Shown: positions 1-10,200 of the stretch, one piece after another
How positions within the stretch are numbered: position 1 is the first letter of the stretch
Layout of the letters: each line of letters opens with the position of its first letter
Source of the DNA: Methylotenera sp.
GTDB lineage: Bacteria; Pseudomonadota; Gammaproteobacteria; Burkholderiales; Methylophilaceae
NCBI GenBank assembly: GCA_002928535.1
Contig: PERG01000006.1
Span: forward strand, 19,376-83,375
Reading direction: 5' to 3'
DNA length: 64,000 bases
Translations under genes and position numbers: made by a program
The notes under the pieces: generated by a model
What the model saw: only the letters and a program-made list of their open reading frames with translations
Database searches by the model: none
What the model was told of the DNA's origin: nothing

Positions 1-48
1 GATGTTGGTTCATCGGGCGTGCTTATTAATTCAATTTTAATGGAAATC

Positions 49-648
49 ATGATGGCAGTTAATACTGAAACACCTAATGCAGCAGGCACTACCAATACCC
101 CATCAGCAAGTAATCAAAACAATCTTATCTGGCTAGACATGGAAATGAGTGGGTTGCTGCCTGATACTGATCGTATTCTTGAATTAGCCGTGGTAGTAAC
201 AGATGCTGAATTAAACGTGCTGGCTGAATCCCCGGTATTTGTGATTCATCAAAGCGATGCCGTGTTAGAGGGGATGGATGCATGGAACAAAGGCACCCAC
301 GGCCGCTCTGGTTTAATCGATAAAGTAAAAGCTTCAACCATAGATGAGGCGACAGCAAGTAGCGAAATGATTGCCTTTTTAAAAACATTTGTACCCGCAG
401 GAAAATCGCCCATGTGTGGCAACTCTATCTGTCAGGACCGACGTTTTATGGCACGTTACATGCCTGATTTAGAAGCTTTTTTTCACTACCGTAATTTAGA
501 TGTCAGTGTCTTTAAAGAGTTAGCCCGTCGTTGGAAACCTGAAATTTACTCCGGTTTCAAAAAAGCCAGTAAACATGAAGCCCTGGCGGATATCTACGAA
601 TCCATCGATGAACTCAAATATTACCGTGAGCATTTCATCATTAAATAA
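49..648 (+). CDS. orn: Oligoribonuclease
   Basis: DEDDh motifs [47 protein letters not shown]; start at ATG 49 or 52 is uncertain. Confidence 0.95.
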   Translation: MMAVNTETPNAAGTTNTPSASNQNNLIWLDMEMSGLLPDTDRILELAVVVTDAELNVLAESPVFVIHQSDAVLEGMDAWNKGTHGRSGLIDKVKASTIDEATASSEMIAFLKTFVPAGKSPMCGNSICQDRRFMARYMPDLEAFFHYRNLDVSVFKELARRWKPEIYSGFKKASKHEALADIYESIDELKYYREHFIIK

Positions 649-664
649 CAGAAGATAGTGAGGC

Positions 665-692
665 AAAAAAAGTGGCGTCTAAAAAGACGCCA
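665..692 (-). terminator. Intrinsic terminator (glgA / candidate sRNA)
   Basis: 8-bp stem TGGCGTCT/AGACGCCA (673-692) followed on the minus strand by C and 7 T. Confidence 0.85.
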
Positions 693-725
693 GGAGGGAG
701 GAGTAACTAGCTTTGGAGAAGCTTA
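665..725 (-). ncRNA. Candidate sigma54-dependent CU-rich sRNA in the glgA 3' region
   Basis: Minus strand reads AAGCTTCTCCAAAGCTAGTTACTCCTCCCTCCTGGCGTCTTTTTAGACGCCACTTTTTTT. It has a 5' hairpin with CUCCA loop, a single-stranded CUCCUCCCUCC tract and a terminator, and is preceded by a -24/-12 promoter. Confidence 0.6.
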
Positions 726-735
726 ATATTAATAA

Positions 736-752
736 AGCATTTACCGTGCCAA
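736..752 (-). promoter_or_regulatory. Sigma54 (-24/-12) promoter
   Basis: Minus strand TTGGCACGGTAAATGCT versus consensus TGGCACGNNNNTTGCW; GG (750-749) and GC (738-737) at exact canonical spacing; predicted +1 near 724-725. Confidence 0.7.
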
Positions 753-768
753 GTTACTTTTCCCATTA

Positions 769-2235
769 TCACTTACTTTCTAGAAGTGATTGGTATAAAT
801 CTAGATATTCCAAAGCACTCTTATCCCAGCTTAAATTTTGCGACATGCCGTTTTTCTGCAGTTGGCGCCAGACTTTAGGTTCGGTTCTATATAGAGTTAA
901 AGCGCGCTGAGTAGCGTTTAGTAAGGCCGTTGAGCTTACCTCTTCCATAATAAAACCAGTGGCTGTTTTATTGGCAATGGTCTCAGCTGTCGCATCTACA
1001 ATTGAGTCCGCAAGGCCGCCAGTGCGATTTACCACGGGGGGTGTGCCATAAGCCAGGCCATATAATTGGTTTAATCCACAAGGCTCAAAACGGGAAGGCA
1101 TAATGAATAGATCGCTACCGGCCATGATTTGGTGTGATAATGGTTCATTGTAGCCAATGGTCACGCTTGCTTTGCCGAGGTTGTGGGTAGCCAAGTCACG
1201 GAAGGCGATTTCAAGCTCATTATCTCCGCTGCCCAATAATGCCAATTGGCATCCCGCATCCAGTAAATTCTGGGCGATGGGTAAAAAAAGATCTAAGCCC
1301 TTTTGATCTGTGAGCCGACTTACTATGCCCAATAATGGTGCATTCGCATCAATATTAAGCCTTAATTTTTGTTGAAGGGCCTTTTTGACCTGTTTCTTAC
1401 CTGCCAATTTGGAGTGGCTGTAATTTTTAGGTAAGTAACTATCCGTCTCAGGGTTCCATTCTTCCGGTTCGATGCCATTCAGGATGCCTATTATTTCATG
1501 GCCGCGGCTAGCGAGTAGTCCTTGTAATCCAAATCCAAACGCTTCTGTTTGGATTTCTTGAGCGTACCCTGGACTAACGGTTGTAATAGCGTCTGCATAG
1601 TAAATCCCTGCTTTAAGGAAAGAAAGCTGGCCATAATATTCCAAGCCTTCCATCAAAAAAGCACTCGCGGGTAAATCTAGGGTTGCCAGCATTTCATAAG
1701 GGTAACAACCCTGAAAAGCCATATTGTGTAAGCTGATAATGGATTTGGCAGAGGAGTGATCAACTAGCTTCATATAAGCAGGTGTCAGGCCTGTTTGCCA
1801 GTCATTGCAATGCACAATGTCTGGCTGCCAGTCTTTTATTGGTGTATTGGGGCTGCTCAAGATGGCCGCTACTTTAGAAAGAATGCCAAAACGCACGCCA
1901 TTATCTTGCCATTCCTGACCGTTTGCATCCGCATAAGGACCGCCGCCTCGTTCATATAACAATGCCGATTTCACTACTATGGCCTTCACCTGATTTTCCG
2001 CAATAGTGCCTAGTAACAACTCAACTTCATTAACTGCGGGTAAATTGTCTAATATTGCCAAGTGCTGGATATCGGTAAGCTGCTCTAATACCGAGGGGTA
2101 CCCGGGTAGGATCACGCGAATATCAACACCAAGATTTTGTAAAGCTGAGGGGAGGGACCCACTGACATCTGCTAGGCCACCGGTTTTGATGAGGGGAAAA
2201 ACTTCTGAACTGGCAAATAACACTTTCAAAGACAT
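769..2235 (-). CDS. glgA: Glycogen synthase (GT5)
   Basis: KTGGLADV ADP-glucose motif, HCNDWQT, PSRFEPCGLNQ, TGGLAD. Confidence 0.95.
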   Translation of the reverse strand: MSLKVLFASSEVFPLIKTGGLADVSGSLPSALQNLGVDIRVILPGYPSVLEQLTDIQHLAILDNLPAVNEVELLLGTIAENQVKAIVVKSALLYERGGGPYADANGQEWQDNGVRFGILSKVAAILSSPNTPIKDWQPDIVHCNDWQTGLTPAYMKLVDHSSAKSIISLHNMAFQGCYPYEMLATLDLPASAFLMEGLEYYGQLSFLKAGIYYADAITTVSPGYAQEIQTEAFGFGLQGLLASRGHEIIGILNGIEPEEWNPETDSYLPKNYSHSKLAGKKQVKKALQQKLRLNIDANAPLLGIVSRLTDQKGLDLFLPIAQNLLDAGCQLALLGSGDNELEIAFRDLATHNLGKASVTIGYNEPLSHQIMAGSDLFIMPSRFEPCGLNQLYGLAYGTPPVVNRTGGLADSIVDATAETIANKTATGFIMEEVSSTALLNATQRALTLYRTEPKVWRQLQKNGMSQNLSWDKSALEYLDLYQSLLESK

Positions 2236-2331
2236 TGTTTTCTCGCTAAAGTTTAAGGAACAGCATAGATCCAGGCTAATTTTACTATAGGAATATGATC
2301 ATGATGGGCTTCTATCAAGGATACACAGTGC

Positions 2332-2724
2332 ATGAAAGACATTAATTTAACGCATGCGTTCGCTATCGCTTTAGGTGCAACCCTTGGCGCTTGGCTGCGG
2401 TGGATATTAGGGGTTTTCTTTAATTCTGTGATGCCGCATCTGCCTCTGGGTACCTTAATCGCCAACTTAAGCGGTGGCTTAATGATGGGGATAGCGTTAG
2501 GGGTTTTCCTGACCGGCCAATTAGATAATCAGACGATGCGTTTACTCATCACCACAGGTTTCTTAGGCGGCTTAACCACGTTCTCGGCATTTTCAGGCGA
2601 AGGCTTGATACTGCTGATTAAACAAGAGTATGGATGGATGCTGGTACATACCTTGAGCCATGTCTTCGGCGCCTTATTGATGGCAGTAGCAGGCTATTAC
2701 TTGGTTCAGCTGATACGTACTTGA
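2332..2724 (+). CDS. crcB: Fluoride efflux channel CrcB/Fluc
   Basis: GA.LGA..R, PLGTLIANL, TGFLGGLTTFSAF signature; 4 TM helices. Confidence 0.92.
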   Translation: MKDINLTHAFAIALGATLGAWLRWILGVFFNSVMPHLPLGTLIANLSGGLMMGIALGVFLTGQLDNQTMRLLITTGFLGGLTTFSAFSGEGLILLIKQEYGWMLVHTLSHVFGALLMAVAGYYLVQLIRT

Positions 2725-2750
2725 ATTAAGAAATTTATAATTTAAAGCTT

Positions 2751-2784
2751 AATAAAAAGCCCTGAAAACCAGGGCTTTTTATTT
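2751..2784. terminator. Bidirectional intrinsic terminator between crcB and rne
   Basis: AATAAAAAGCCCTG-AAAAC-CAGGGCTTTTTATT inverted repeat with A/T tails on both sides. Confidence 0.85.
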
Positions 2785-2814
2785 GTTCAAGTGCGTAAGT
2801 TACTCAAATATTGA

Positions 2815-5487
2815 CTACTTATTTTGTGTTTCTACCATCACTAATGGCTCGGCGGGTATTTCATCACCAGTTTTCTTTTGCCATGCAGCAGGCTTGCGTG
2901 GTGCTCTAGGCTTTTCAGTTTCTATAGCTACAGTTGCTTTAGGAGCATCAGCTTTGGTTTCCACTAACTGTAAACCAACTGCTGCTAAATCTACAGGCTT
3001 CGTATCAGCTTTAGGTTTACGCGGACGGGCAGGGCGTTTCTTATCTGCTTTAGGTGTTAACTCCGTTGTGGTATCAGTCGTCAATCCAGTTTGAGACTCG
3101 ACTGCGCGCTCAACGTTAGCTACCTCTGCATCCAGTTGTGGCTCAGCTTTTGGTGTGCGTGATCTCTTCTGTTCCGATTTTGTTTTAGCTGAAGGCTGTT
3201 TAGTTTCAGCTTTATCTGAAACAGGCGATTTCGCTTCAACGACATTCTCTACCTTAGTGCTGTTACTTGCTTGAGTAGGCGTAGTTGGATCAGTCGGGGT
3301 CACTTGGACAGTTTCCAGTGTATTCGCATTTGAAACACTAGTCTCAATCACTGGGCTCAGTGCCTCGCTATTCAACTCTTCATTTGGTACAAAAGGGCGG
3401 TTGGTATCACGCGCTGCGCCAGTTTCTTCACGGTCACGACGTCCACGGCGATTGCGGTTGCGACGACTACGTTCAGAACGTGGTTCACCCGCAGCATCAG
3501 CACCTGCTGCTTGTGCGAGAGGATTAGCCTGTACATTCGCGTTACGGGGCTCATTACGCGTTTCGTTACGTTGGGCATCACGTTCTGGACGCGGCTGCTG
3601 AGGCTTAGGTGGGCGCGGCTCTTGTGGTTTTTGCTCACCACGTACTTCCTGAGCTTTAGCTTCATTACGGTTTGGTTGATTTCTATCTGTACGCTCGTTT
3701 TTGTTACGGTCGTTACGGTTGCGTTCATTGCGATTACGATTGCGATTACGGTTATTGTTATCACGACGTGTTTCCGCTGCTTCTACCTCAACAGGTTCAG
3801 ATGCACCAAACCAGCGTTTGATACGCGTCAATAATGACACTGCCGGGGCTTTAATCTCTGCTTTTTCAATTGCAATCGGTGCAGGCGCAGTTGGGGTAAT
3901 CCCTTTTACTGCCGCTTCAGGACGAATCGCCTTGGCTTCTTCAGCCGCATTAGGCACATACACAATCTCTGCTGGCAGCTCGACCATTTTGTAGCTGGCG
4001 CGGGTTGTTTCTTCAGTTACATCATCATGGCGGATGCGTACGATATTGTAGTTCGGTGTTTCCAAATGAATATTCGGGATTAATACAACTTCTACACCCA
4101 TACGCTGTTCGATTTTATGAATATCAGCGCGTTTTTCGTTCAATAAGAATGTAGCAGCTTCAACCGGTAACTGAACCTGAATGATAGCGCTATTGTCCTT
4201 CATTGCCTCTTCCTGGGTAATGCGCAAGATGTGCAGGGCCGTAGATTCAATACCGCGAATATGGCCGGTACCATGGCAGCGTGGACAAGGAATATGATTC
4301 GTTTCACCCAAGCTAGGACGTAAGCGTTGGCGTGACAGCTCAAGTAAGCCGAAACGCGAGATTTTGCCGGTTTGTACACGCGCACGGTCAGCATGTAGCG
4401 CATCACGTAAAGCGTTTTCTACTTCACGTTGATTGCGTTGGTTTTCCATGTCAATAAAGTCAATGACTACAAGGCCGCCCAGGTCACGTAAACGTAATTG
4501 GCGCGCGACTTCTTCAGCGGCTTCCAGGTTGGTATTAAAGGCCGTGTTTTCGATATCACTACCGCGTGTTGCACGGCCTGAGTTCACGTCTACGGAGACC
4601 AATGCTTCCGTATGGTCGATTACGATAGCGCCGCCGGATGGCAGACGCACTTCGCGTGCGAAGGCAGACTCAATCTGGTGTTCAATCTGGAAACGGGTGA
4701 ATAGTGGAATTTCATCTTGATACAATTTAACGCGCGAGACATTGCCTGGCATGACGTGATTCATGAACTGAACCGCTTGCTCGTGGATATCTGGCGTATC
4801 AATTAATATCTCGCCAATGTCTGAACTGAAGTAATCGCGAATCGCACGAATCACCAAACTGCCTTCTTGATAAATCAAGTATGCGCCGGCTTGCATCGCA
4901 GATGCGCCATCAATCGCAGTCCACAACTGGGTCAAGTAGTTCAAGTCCCATTGCAGTTCTTCTACGGTACGGCCAATGCCGGCAGTGCGGGCAATGATGC
5001 TCATGCCTTTCGGCACTTCTAATTGGGCGATCACGTCACGCAACTCATCGCGGTCTTCGCCTTCGATACGCCGCGAAACACCGCCGCCGCGTGGATTATT
5101 CGGCATCAATACCAGATAACGACCTGCCAGTGAGATGAAAGTGGTCAGTGCTGCGCCTTTGTTGCCGCGCTCGTCTTTATCGACCTGGACAATCACTTCC
5201 TGACCTTCTTTAAGGGCATCTTTAATGCTGGCGCGACTATCTGCACCTTCTTTGTAATAGCTGCGTGCCACTTCTTTGAAGGGCAGGAAGCCGTGGCGGT
5301 CCATACCATAATCAACAAAGGCAGCTTCCAGAGAAGGTTCGATACGGGTGATGACACCTTTGTAAATATTACTTTTACGTTGTTCTTTACCGGCGTGCTC
5401 TATATCTAAATCGATAAGTTTTTGACCATCTACGATTGCAACGCGTAATTCTTCAGATTGCGTTGCATTAAATAACATGCGTTTCAT
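2815..5487 (-). CDS. rne: Ribonuclease E
   Basis: N-terminus MKRMLFNATQSEELRVAIVDG, DVNSG, VIDFIDM, CPRCHGTG zinc link, long Arg/Asn-rich disordered C-terminus; true start taken as ATG 5487. Confidence 0.97.
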   Translation of the reverse strand: MKRMLFNATQSEELRVAIVDGQKLIDLDIEHAGKEQRKSNIYKGVITRIEPSLEAAFVDYGMDRHGFLPFKEVARSYYKEGADSRASIKDALKEGQEVIVQVDKDERGNKGAALTTFISLAGRYLVLMPNNPRGGGVSRRIEGEDRDELRDVIAQLEVPKGMSIIARTAGIGRTVEELQWDLNYLTQLWTAIDGASAMQAGAYLIYQEGSLVIRAIRDYFSSDIGEILIDTPDIHEQAVQFMNHVMPGNVSRVKLYQDEIPLFTRFQIEHQIESAFAREVRLPSGGAIVIDHTEALVSVDVNSGRATRGSDIENTAFNTNLEAAEEVARQLRLRDLGGLVVIDFIDMENQRNQREVENALRDALHADRARVQTGKISRFGLLELSRQRLRPSLGETNHIPCPRCHGTGHIRGIESTALHILRITQEEAMKDNSAIIQVQLPVEAATFLLNEKRADIHKIEQRMGVEVVLIPNIHLETPNYNIVRIRHDDVTEETTRASYKMVELPAEIVYVPNAAEEAKAIRPEAAVKGITPTAPAPIAIEKAEIKAPAVSLLTRIKRWFGASEPVEVEAAETRRDNNNRNRNRNRNERNRNDRNKNERTDRNQPNRNEAKAQEVRGEQKPQEPRPPKPQQPRPERDAQRNETRNEPRNANVQANPLAQAAGADAAGEPRSERSRRNRNRRGRRDREETGAARDTNRPFVPNEELNSEALSPVIETSVSNANTLETVQVTPTDPTTPTQASNSTKVENVVEAKSPVSDKAETKQPSAKTKSEQKRSRTPKAEPQLDAEVANVERAVESQTGLTTDTTTELTPKADKKRPARPRKPKADTKPVDLAAVGLQLVETKADAPKATVAIETEKPRAPRKPAAWQKKTGDEIPAEPLVMVETQNK

Positions 5488-6124
5488 TGTGTGCTCCTGC
5501 GCTATGCAAGGCAGACGAATGCTCATGATTGAGCATGTATTGAAGGCAATATTAAGGTGAGAGTGCCCAAGCGGGCAGGAGTACTAAAGGCGCCAGGTCA
5601 GCGCATATCGATTCAACGGCATATATAAGGGGGAACGCATTTTAACTTGGGCATCAGGCGCATCAGTGAACCACTGGATCGCTTAATACTACAGTTTCAG
5701 GCTCCGATATTTAAATGTTGCCACCGCCAATACGCGGGTAGTAACAAGTCTGTCGATCGTTAAATCAAACTAATTATTAAATTCACGCCATGTTGGGGCA
5801 TAAATTCGTTAAAATTCTATCTTCAGTAAATCCTAATTTGTCAGTACCGCTAATGGTGGTACGCAAATATGACTATCACTTTAAGTCGCGCTTTATGTTT
5901 GTTTGTCTGCGGCGGCTTTAGCGCTAAATTTTTACTTACTGCTACTTTATAATGTGGCGAGCGGTATTAACCAGGTATTTGTTGTCACTTTAATTTGCAG
6001 GAAGTTGTAAGTGTTGTGTGAAAATAACAAGCAACGCTTACAAGAACCTGTTTCTGTTCGATTGATTCTTAAACAAAATCAAGAACGTTTGCAGTATAGG
6101 CTACATCTACCATTTAAGCAAAGA
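5488..6124. promoter_or_regulatory. Long rne/rluC intergenic region; probable structured rne 5' leader
   Basis: ~640 nt with no convincing ORF; inverted repeats ATGCTCA/TGAGCAT (5519-5536) and TGCCCAAG/CTTGGGCA (5564-5571 with 5646-5653); rne leaders mediate autoregulation in other Proteobacteria. Confidence 0.5.
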
Positions 6125-7147
6125 ATGAAAAACTCGATACCCAATCAAACACTACCTATTTCAACAATTAGCGAGGCAGCTGCGGCATTTTTAACTGTGG
6201 ATGAAGGTAGTGAAGGTCAACGTGTTGATAACTTCCTGACCAAAACCCTTAAAGGTGTGCCTAAAAGTCATGTATACCGCATCCTGCGTAGTGGAGAAGT
6301 GCGCGTCAACAAAAAGCGTATTGATGCAGATTTCCGCTTAAGTCTTGGCGATGTGGTCCGAATTCCGCCAACGCGTGCGACCATTTTGGATAAGCCTGAA
6401 CAAGCGGCGCCAGCGACATCTAAATTCGCCAACGCAATTGTATTTGAGGATGATGCAATGCTCGTGATTGATAAACCCGCTGGTTTCGCTGTACATGGCG
6501 GCAGCGGTATCAGCCAGGGTGTCATTGAGCAATTGCGTTTAGAACGCCCGAAAGCGAAATTCTTGGAGCTTGTGCATCGTCTGGATCGCGAAACTTCGGG
6601 CATTTTGATGCTGGCTAAGAAGCGTAGCGCACTGGTGAATTTGCATGAGGCGATCCGTAATAATCAGACGGATAAACGCTATTTAGTGTTGGTCCAGGGC
6701 GAGTGGCTCGAGGCAAAAAAACGCGTAATGTTAGATTTACAGAAATATCTATTGCCGAACGGTGAGCGCCGCGTCAATGTGGTCACTGATAGCAGCAAGG
6801 ATAAATATGACGAACGTCAGCATTCTGAAACGCTGTTCCGGTTGGTTAAAAATTATCACCATCCGGTTATCGGCAAAATGAGCTTGCTGGAAGCGCAATT
6901 GGTGACAGGGCGCACGCACCAATTACGCGTGCAGTTATCGCATTTAGGGTTCCCGATTCTGGGTGATGATAAATATGGCGATTTTGCTTTAAATAAAAGC
7001 TTAATCAAGCACGGTTTAAAACGGATGTTCCTACATTCTTCTGAAACAAAAATCCGCCATCCGCTGACCAATGATAAATTAGTATTAAAAGCGCCACTCC
7101 CGCCAGAGTTGGATAAGTTTCTACAGAAGTTGGACTCGTCGATTTAG
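6125..7147 (+). CDS. rluC: 23S rRNA pseudouridine synthase RluC
   Basis: S4 domain (GQRVDNFL...VYRILRSGEVRVN), HRLDRETSG, TGRTHQLR; divergent from rne as usual. Confidence 0.92.
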   Translation: MKNSIPNQTLPISTISEAAAAFLTVDEGSEGQRVDNFLTKTLKGVPKSHVYRILRSGEVRVNKKRIDADFRLSLGDVVRIPPTRATILDKPEQAAPATSKFANAIVFEDDAMLVIDKPAGFAVHGGSGISQGVIEQLRLERPKAKFLELVHRLDRETSGILMLAKKRSALVNLHEAIRNNQTDKRYLVLVQGEWLEAKKRVMLDLQKYLLPNGERRVNVVTDSSKDKYDERQHSETLFRLVKNYHHPVIGKMSLLEAQLVTGRTHQLRVQLSHLGFPILGDDKYGDFALNKSLIKHGLKRMFLHSSETKIRHPLTNDKLVLKAPLPPELDKFLQKLDSSI

Positions 7148-7214
7148 ATCGGTTTCTGTAATGAGTTTGTCATTAATTAAATATTGTAATTAAGTATTAA
7201 AGAAAGAATAAGAA

Positions 7215-7871
7215 ATGCCAAAGCAGTTTGATTTGATCGTTTGGGATTGGGATGGGACATTAGCTAACTCGACCGCAATGATTACCAATGCACTTTTGAA
7301 AGCCGCAGAACAAGTAGGCTTGCCGCCCTTAACACCGCAGGCGGCTACTAATATTATTGGTTTGGGTTTGCGTGAATCTATTGAAGCTCTATATGGCAAT
7401 ATTCCTATTGAACAGGCTCAGGCACTAGCCAAGCAGTACACGGCTAATTACTATGCTGGGGAGAGCGAAATTCCTTTATTTGATGGGGCTGCTGAAACCA
7501 TCAAAGTGTTGAGTAAGCGCGGTTTTAAATTGGCGGTGGCAACCGGCAAGGGCCGGCGTGGCCTCAATTTAGCTTTGGAACATTGTGGTTTAGGTAAATA
7601 TTTCCATTCGACACGCACTGTAGATGAATGTTTTTCCAAGCCGCATCCCCAGATGCTCGATGAGCTAATGGATCAGCTAGTGACGATGCCCGAGCGGACA
7701 TTGATGATCGGCGATACCGGTTATGATCTGCAAATGGCACAAAATGCCAGTGTGAAATCAGTAGCGGTTACTTATGGCGCGCATTCTATCGAACAGCTAA
7801 ATCAATTTGATTCGATTCAGCAATTCGGGAGCTTTGCCGATTTATCAGACTGGCTACTGGAATATGCTTAG
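7215..7871 (+). CDS. HAD-family hydrolase (phosphoglycolate phosphatase-like)
   Basis: DWDGTL, VATGK, SKPHP, MIGDTGYD. Confidence 0.85.
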   Translation: MPKQFDLIVWDWDGTLANSTAMITNALLKAAEQVGLPPLTPQAATNIIGLGLRESIEALYGNIPIEQAQALAKQYTANYYAGESEIPLFDGAAETIKVLSKRGFKLAVATGKGRRGLNLALEHCGLGKYFHSTRTVDECFSKPHPQMLDELMDQLVTMPERTLMIGDTGYDLQMAQNASVKSVAVTYGAHSIEQLNQFDSIQQFGSFADLSDWLLEYA

Positions 7872-7898
7872 TCACATAACGTTCAGGACTTAACGACG

Positions 7899-8270
7899 AT
7901 GCATGACCATCAAAAAAATGTCATCTTCAACAGCGAAGATCTGAAGAATGAGGGTGCAGGCTTGCGCTTTTCGCTACCAGCTATTCATGAACGGGCTACA
8001 GGTTTTGTCGTACGGTTTCATGGCAAGCCTTATGCTTATGTAAATCAGTGTGCGCATTTGCCTGTAGAATTGGATTGGGATGAAGGCGCTTTTTTTACCT
8101 CACAAAAAGATTATCTAATTTGCGCAACCCATGGCGCACACTATCAACCAGAAACAGGTTTTTGTGTGATGGGTCCATGTAAAGGTAAAAGTTTGCGGTC
8201 TATAGAGGTGACGGAACAGAATCATCAAGTTATCATTAACACTGCATCGCTTAACATAACTTCTAAGTAA
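7899..8270 (+). CDS. Rieske [2Fe-2S] domain protein
   Basis: CAH...CATHGA Rieske ligands; GPC. Confidence 0.85.
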   Translation: MHDHQKNVIFNSEDLKNEGAGLRFSLPAIHERATGFVVRFHGKPYAYVNQCAHLPVELDWDEGAFFTSQKDYLICATHGAHYQPETGFCVMGPCKGKSLRSIEVTEQNHQVIINTASLNITSK

Positions 8271-8310
8271 AATAAATTTAAGCTAACCACAACTTATAGA
8301 AAGTTTTTTC

Positions 8311-9303
8311 ATGTCAGACGGTAGTCAAGAGCATTCAACAGCATCTCCCGGACAAGATACGCAATGGCAACGTGATGCCATTGAAAGGTTAGCCAGCGGA
8401 GCGCTTAAAGAGCAAAGAACTGCACGTAGGTGGAGTACGTTCTTTAAAAGTCTCGCTTTTCTCTACCTTTTTATCCTATTGTTTTATGCATTAGGCCTGA
8501 TTGGGCAAAACAAAAAAACCAGTTTGGCGCACACAGCCTTGATCGATATTGCCGGCGTGATCGAAGCGGGCGGGGAAGTGAATGCGGATTCTGTTATGAG
8601 CAGTTTGCAGGATGCTTACGACAATGAAGGCACTAAAGGCATTATTTTCAGAATCAACAGCCCGGGTGGCAGCCCTGTTCAAGCTGGCATCATTAACGAC
8701 GAAATCAAACGCCAGAAAAAATTGCATCCTAGCATTCCCGTTTATGCAGTGGTTGAAGATATTTGTGCATCCGGTGGCTATTACATTGCCGCTGCGGCAG
8801 ACAAGATTTATGTGGATAAAGCCAGCATTGTCGGTTCAATCGGCGTGCTTATGGATGGATACGGTTTTACCGAGCTTATGAAGAAAGCGGGCGTGGAGCG
8901 CCGCTTGATGACAGCGGGAGAAAATAAAGCGATGCTTGATCCATTCTCACCGGTGAATCCCAAGCATCAAGCCTACGCACAATCTATGTTGAACGAGATC
9001 CATGAGCAATTCAAAACTGTCGTCAGGGAAGGACGTGGTAATCGCTTGCGTGAGAATGAAGAAACATTTAGTGGATTGTTTTGGAGCGGCCAACAAAGTA
9101 TCAATATTGGACTGGCCGATTCGCTAGGCAGTACCGATTACGTGGCACGCGAAGTGATCAAGCAGGAAGAGATCGTTGACTTCACTTACCAGGATGATTT
9201 TGCCAGCCGCCTCGCGAAACGTATTGGTGCGAGCGTCAGTACCGCAGTCAGTGAAGTGATTGCTAAACAGATGATCAACTCTAGCGAAATTAAATTACGT
9301 TAA
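8311..9303 (+). CDS. S49 family peptidase (short SppA-like)
   Basis: N-terminal TM helix, INSPGGSP, CASGGYYIA, GSIGV. Confidence 0.9.
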   Translation: MSDGSQEHSTASPGQDTQWQRDAIERLASGALKEQRTARRWSTFFKSLAFLYLFILLFYALGLIGQNKKTSLAHTALIDIAGVIEAGGEVNADSVMSSLQDAYDNEGTKGIIFRINSPGGSPVQAGIINDEIKRQKKLHPSIPVYAVVEDICASGGYYIAAAADKIYVDKASIVGSIGVLMDGYGFTELMKKAGVERRLMTAGENKAMLDPFSPVNPKHQAYAQSMLNEIHEQFKTVVREGRGNRLRENEETFSGLFWSGQQSINIGLADSLGSTDYVAREVIKQEEIVDFTYQDDFASRLAKRIGASVSTAVSEVIAKQMINSSEIKLR

Positions 9304-9316
9304 TATTTTTGTTAAA

Positions 9317-9344
9317 GGAAATCTAATATTCTTATTGGATTTCC
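9317..9344. terminator. Hairpin between convergent S49 peptidase and ppk2 genes
   Basis: GGAAATCTAATA-TTCT-TATTGGATTTCC inverted repeat. Confidence 0.5.
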
Positions 9345-9368
9345 ATTGGTTGCATCAATTTTGCTAAA

Positions 9369-10181
9369 TTAATTTGCAATTTTGAGGGTTGCATATTCAA
9401 CTGGCACAGCAGGGTATTGTAAATGCATATCCTGCAAAGTTTTTAATAGTAACTGTGAAATCAACAAGTTGCGGTTAGTTTTAGAATCAGCAGGAATCAC
9501 ATACCAAGGTGCATAATCTGTTGAAGTGGCTTGCATTGCATTTTCATATGCTCGCATATATTGTGGCCACAACGCGCGCTCTTTTAAATCGTTCGGATTA
9601 AATTTCCAAGTTTTAACCGGGTCATCTAGGCGTTCCTGCATACGTAACTTTTGTTCATCTTTGGAAATGTGCAGATAGCACTTGATAATGGTCGTGCCGG
9701 TTTCGCTAAGCATACGTTCAAAATCATTGATCTGTGCATAACGTCGTTTGCATTCTGCATCATCAATCCAGTCATGCACTTTTACGATCAATACATCTTC
9801 ATAATGGCTGCGATTAAAAATCACCACTTCGCCAGCCTTGGGCACTTCCTTGTGCACGCGCCATAAATAATCATGTGCCAGTTCTTCACTGCTAGGCGCT
9901 TTGAAGCTGGCCAGCCGGATACCTAATGGATCGCATTCGCTGAAGACATGACGGATGGTGCCGTCCTTACCGCTGGCATCCATACCTTGTAAGATTAGTA
10001 ATAGTTTACGTTTGTTTTCAGCATGCAAGATATCCTGCAAACTATTAATTTGGATGGCTAAGCGTGTAAGTTCGTATGCATCTTGTTCTTTGCTGGCTCC
10101 ACGCTGGCTTCTGTCATTGGCATCGAAGTCCTTCAGCGAAAACTTTTTGGATTTAACGCGATATCGATCAAGATTGGCCAT
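9369..10181 (-). CDS. ppk2: Polyphosphate kinase 2 family (class III-like)
   Basis: QGMDASGKDG Walker A, FNRSHYEDVL, WYVIPAD. Confidence 0.9.
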   Translation of the reverse strand: MANLDRYRVKSKKFSLKDFDANDRSQRGASKEQDAYELTRLAIQINSLQDILHAENKRKLLLILQGMDASGKDGTIRHVFSECDPLGIRLASFKAPSSEELAHDYLWRVHKEVPKAGEVVIFNRSHYEDVLIVKVHDWIDDAECKRRYAQINDFERMLSETGTTIIKCYLHISKDEQKLRMQERLDDPVKTWKFNPNDLKERALWPQYMRAYENAMQATSTDYAPWYVIPADSKTNRNLLISQLLLKTLQDMHLQYPAVPVEYATLKIAN

Positions 10182-10200
10182 ACGACGCTCCTATGCATTA

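Noticed and set aside
2240-2331. Fluoride riboswitch upstream of crcB
   Set aside because: Only a loose ATGATGGGCTTCTA resemblance to the 3' part; the 5' GGnGAUG element and pseudoknot pairing are not evident. An Infernal scan would settle it.
3440-3770. Short tandem repeats (CGATTG/CGATTA) and overlapping Arg/Leu-rich ORFs
   Set aside because: They encode the Arg/Asn-rich disordered region of RNase E; the other ORFs are shadow frames.
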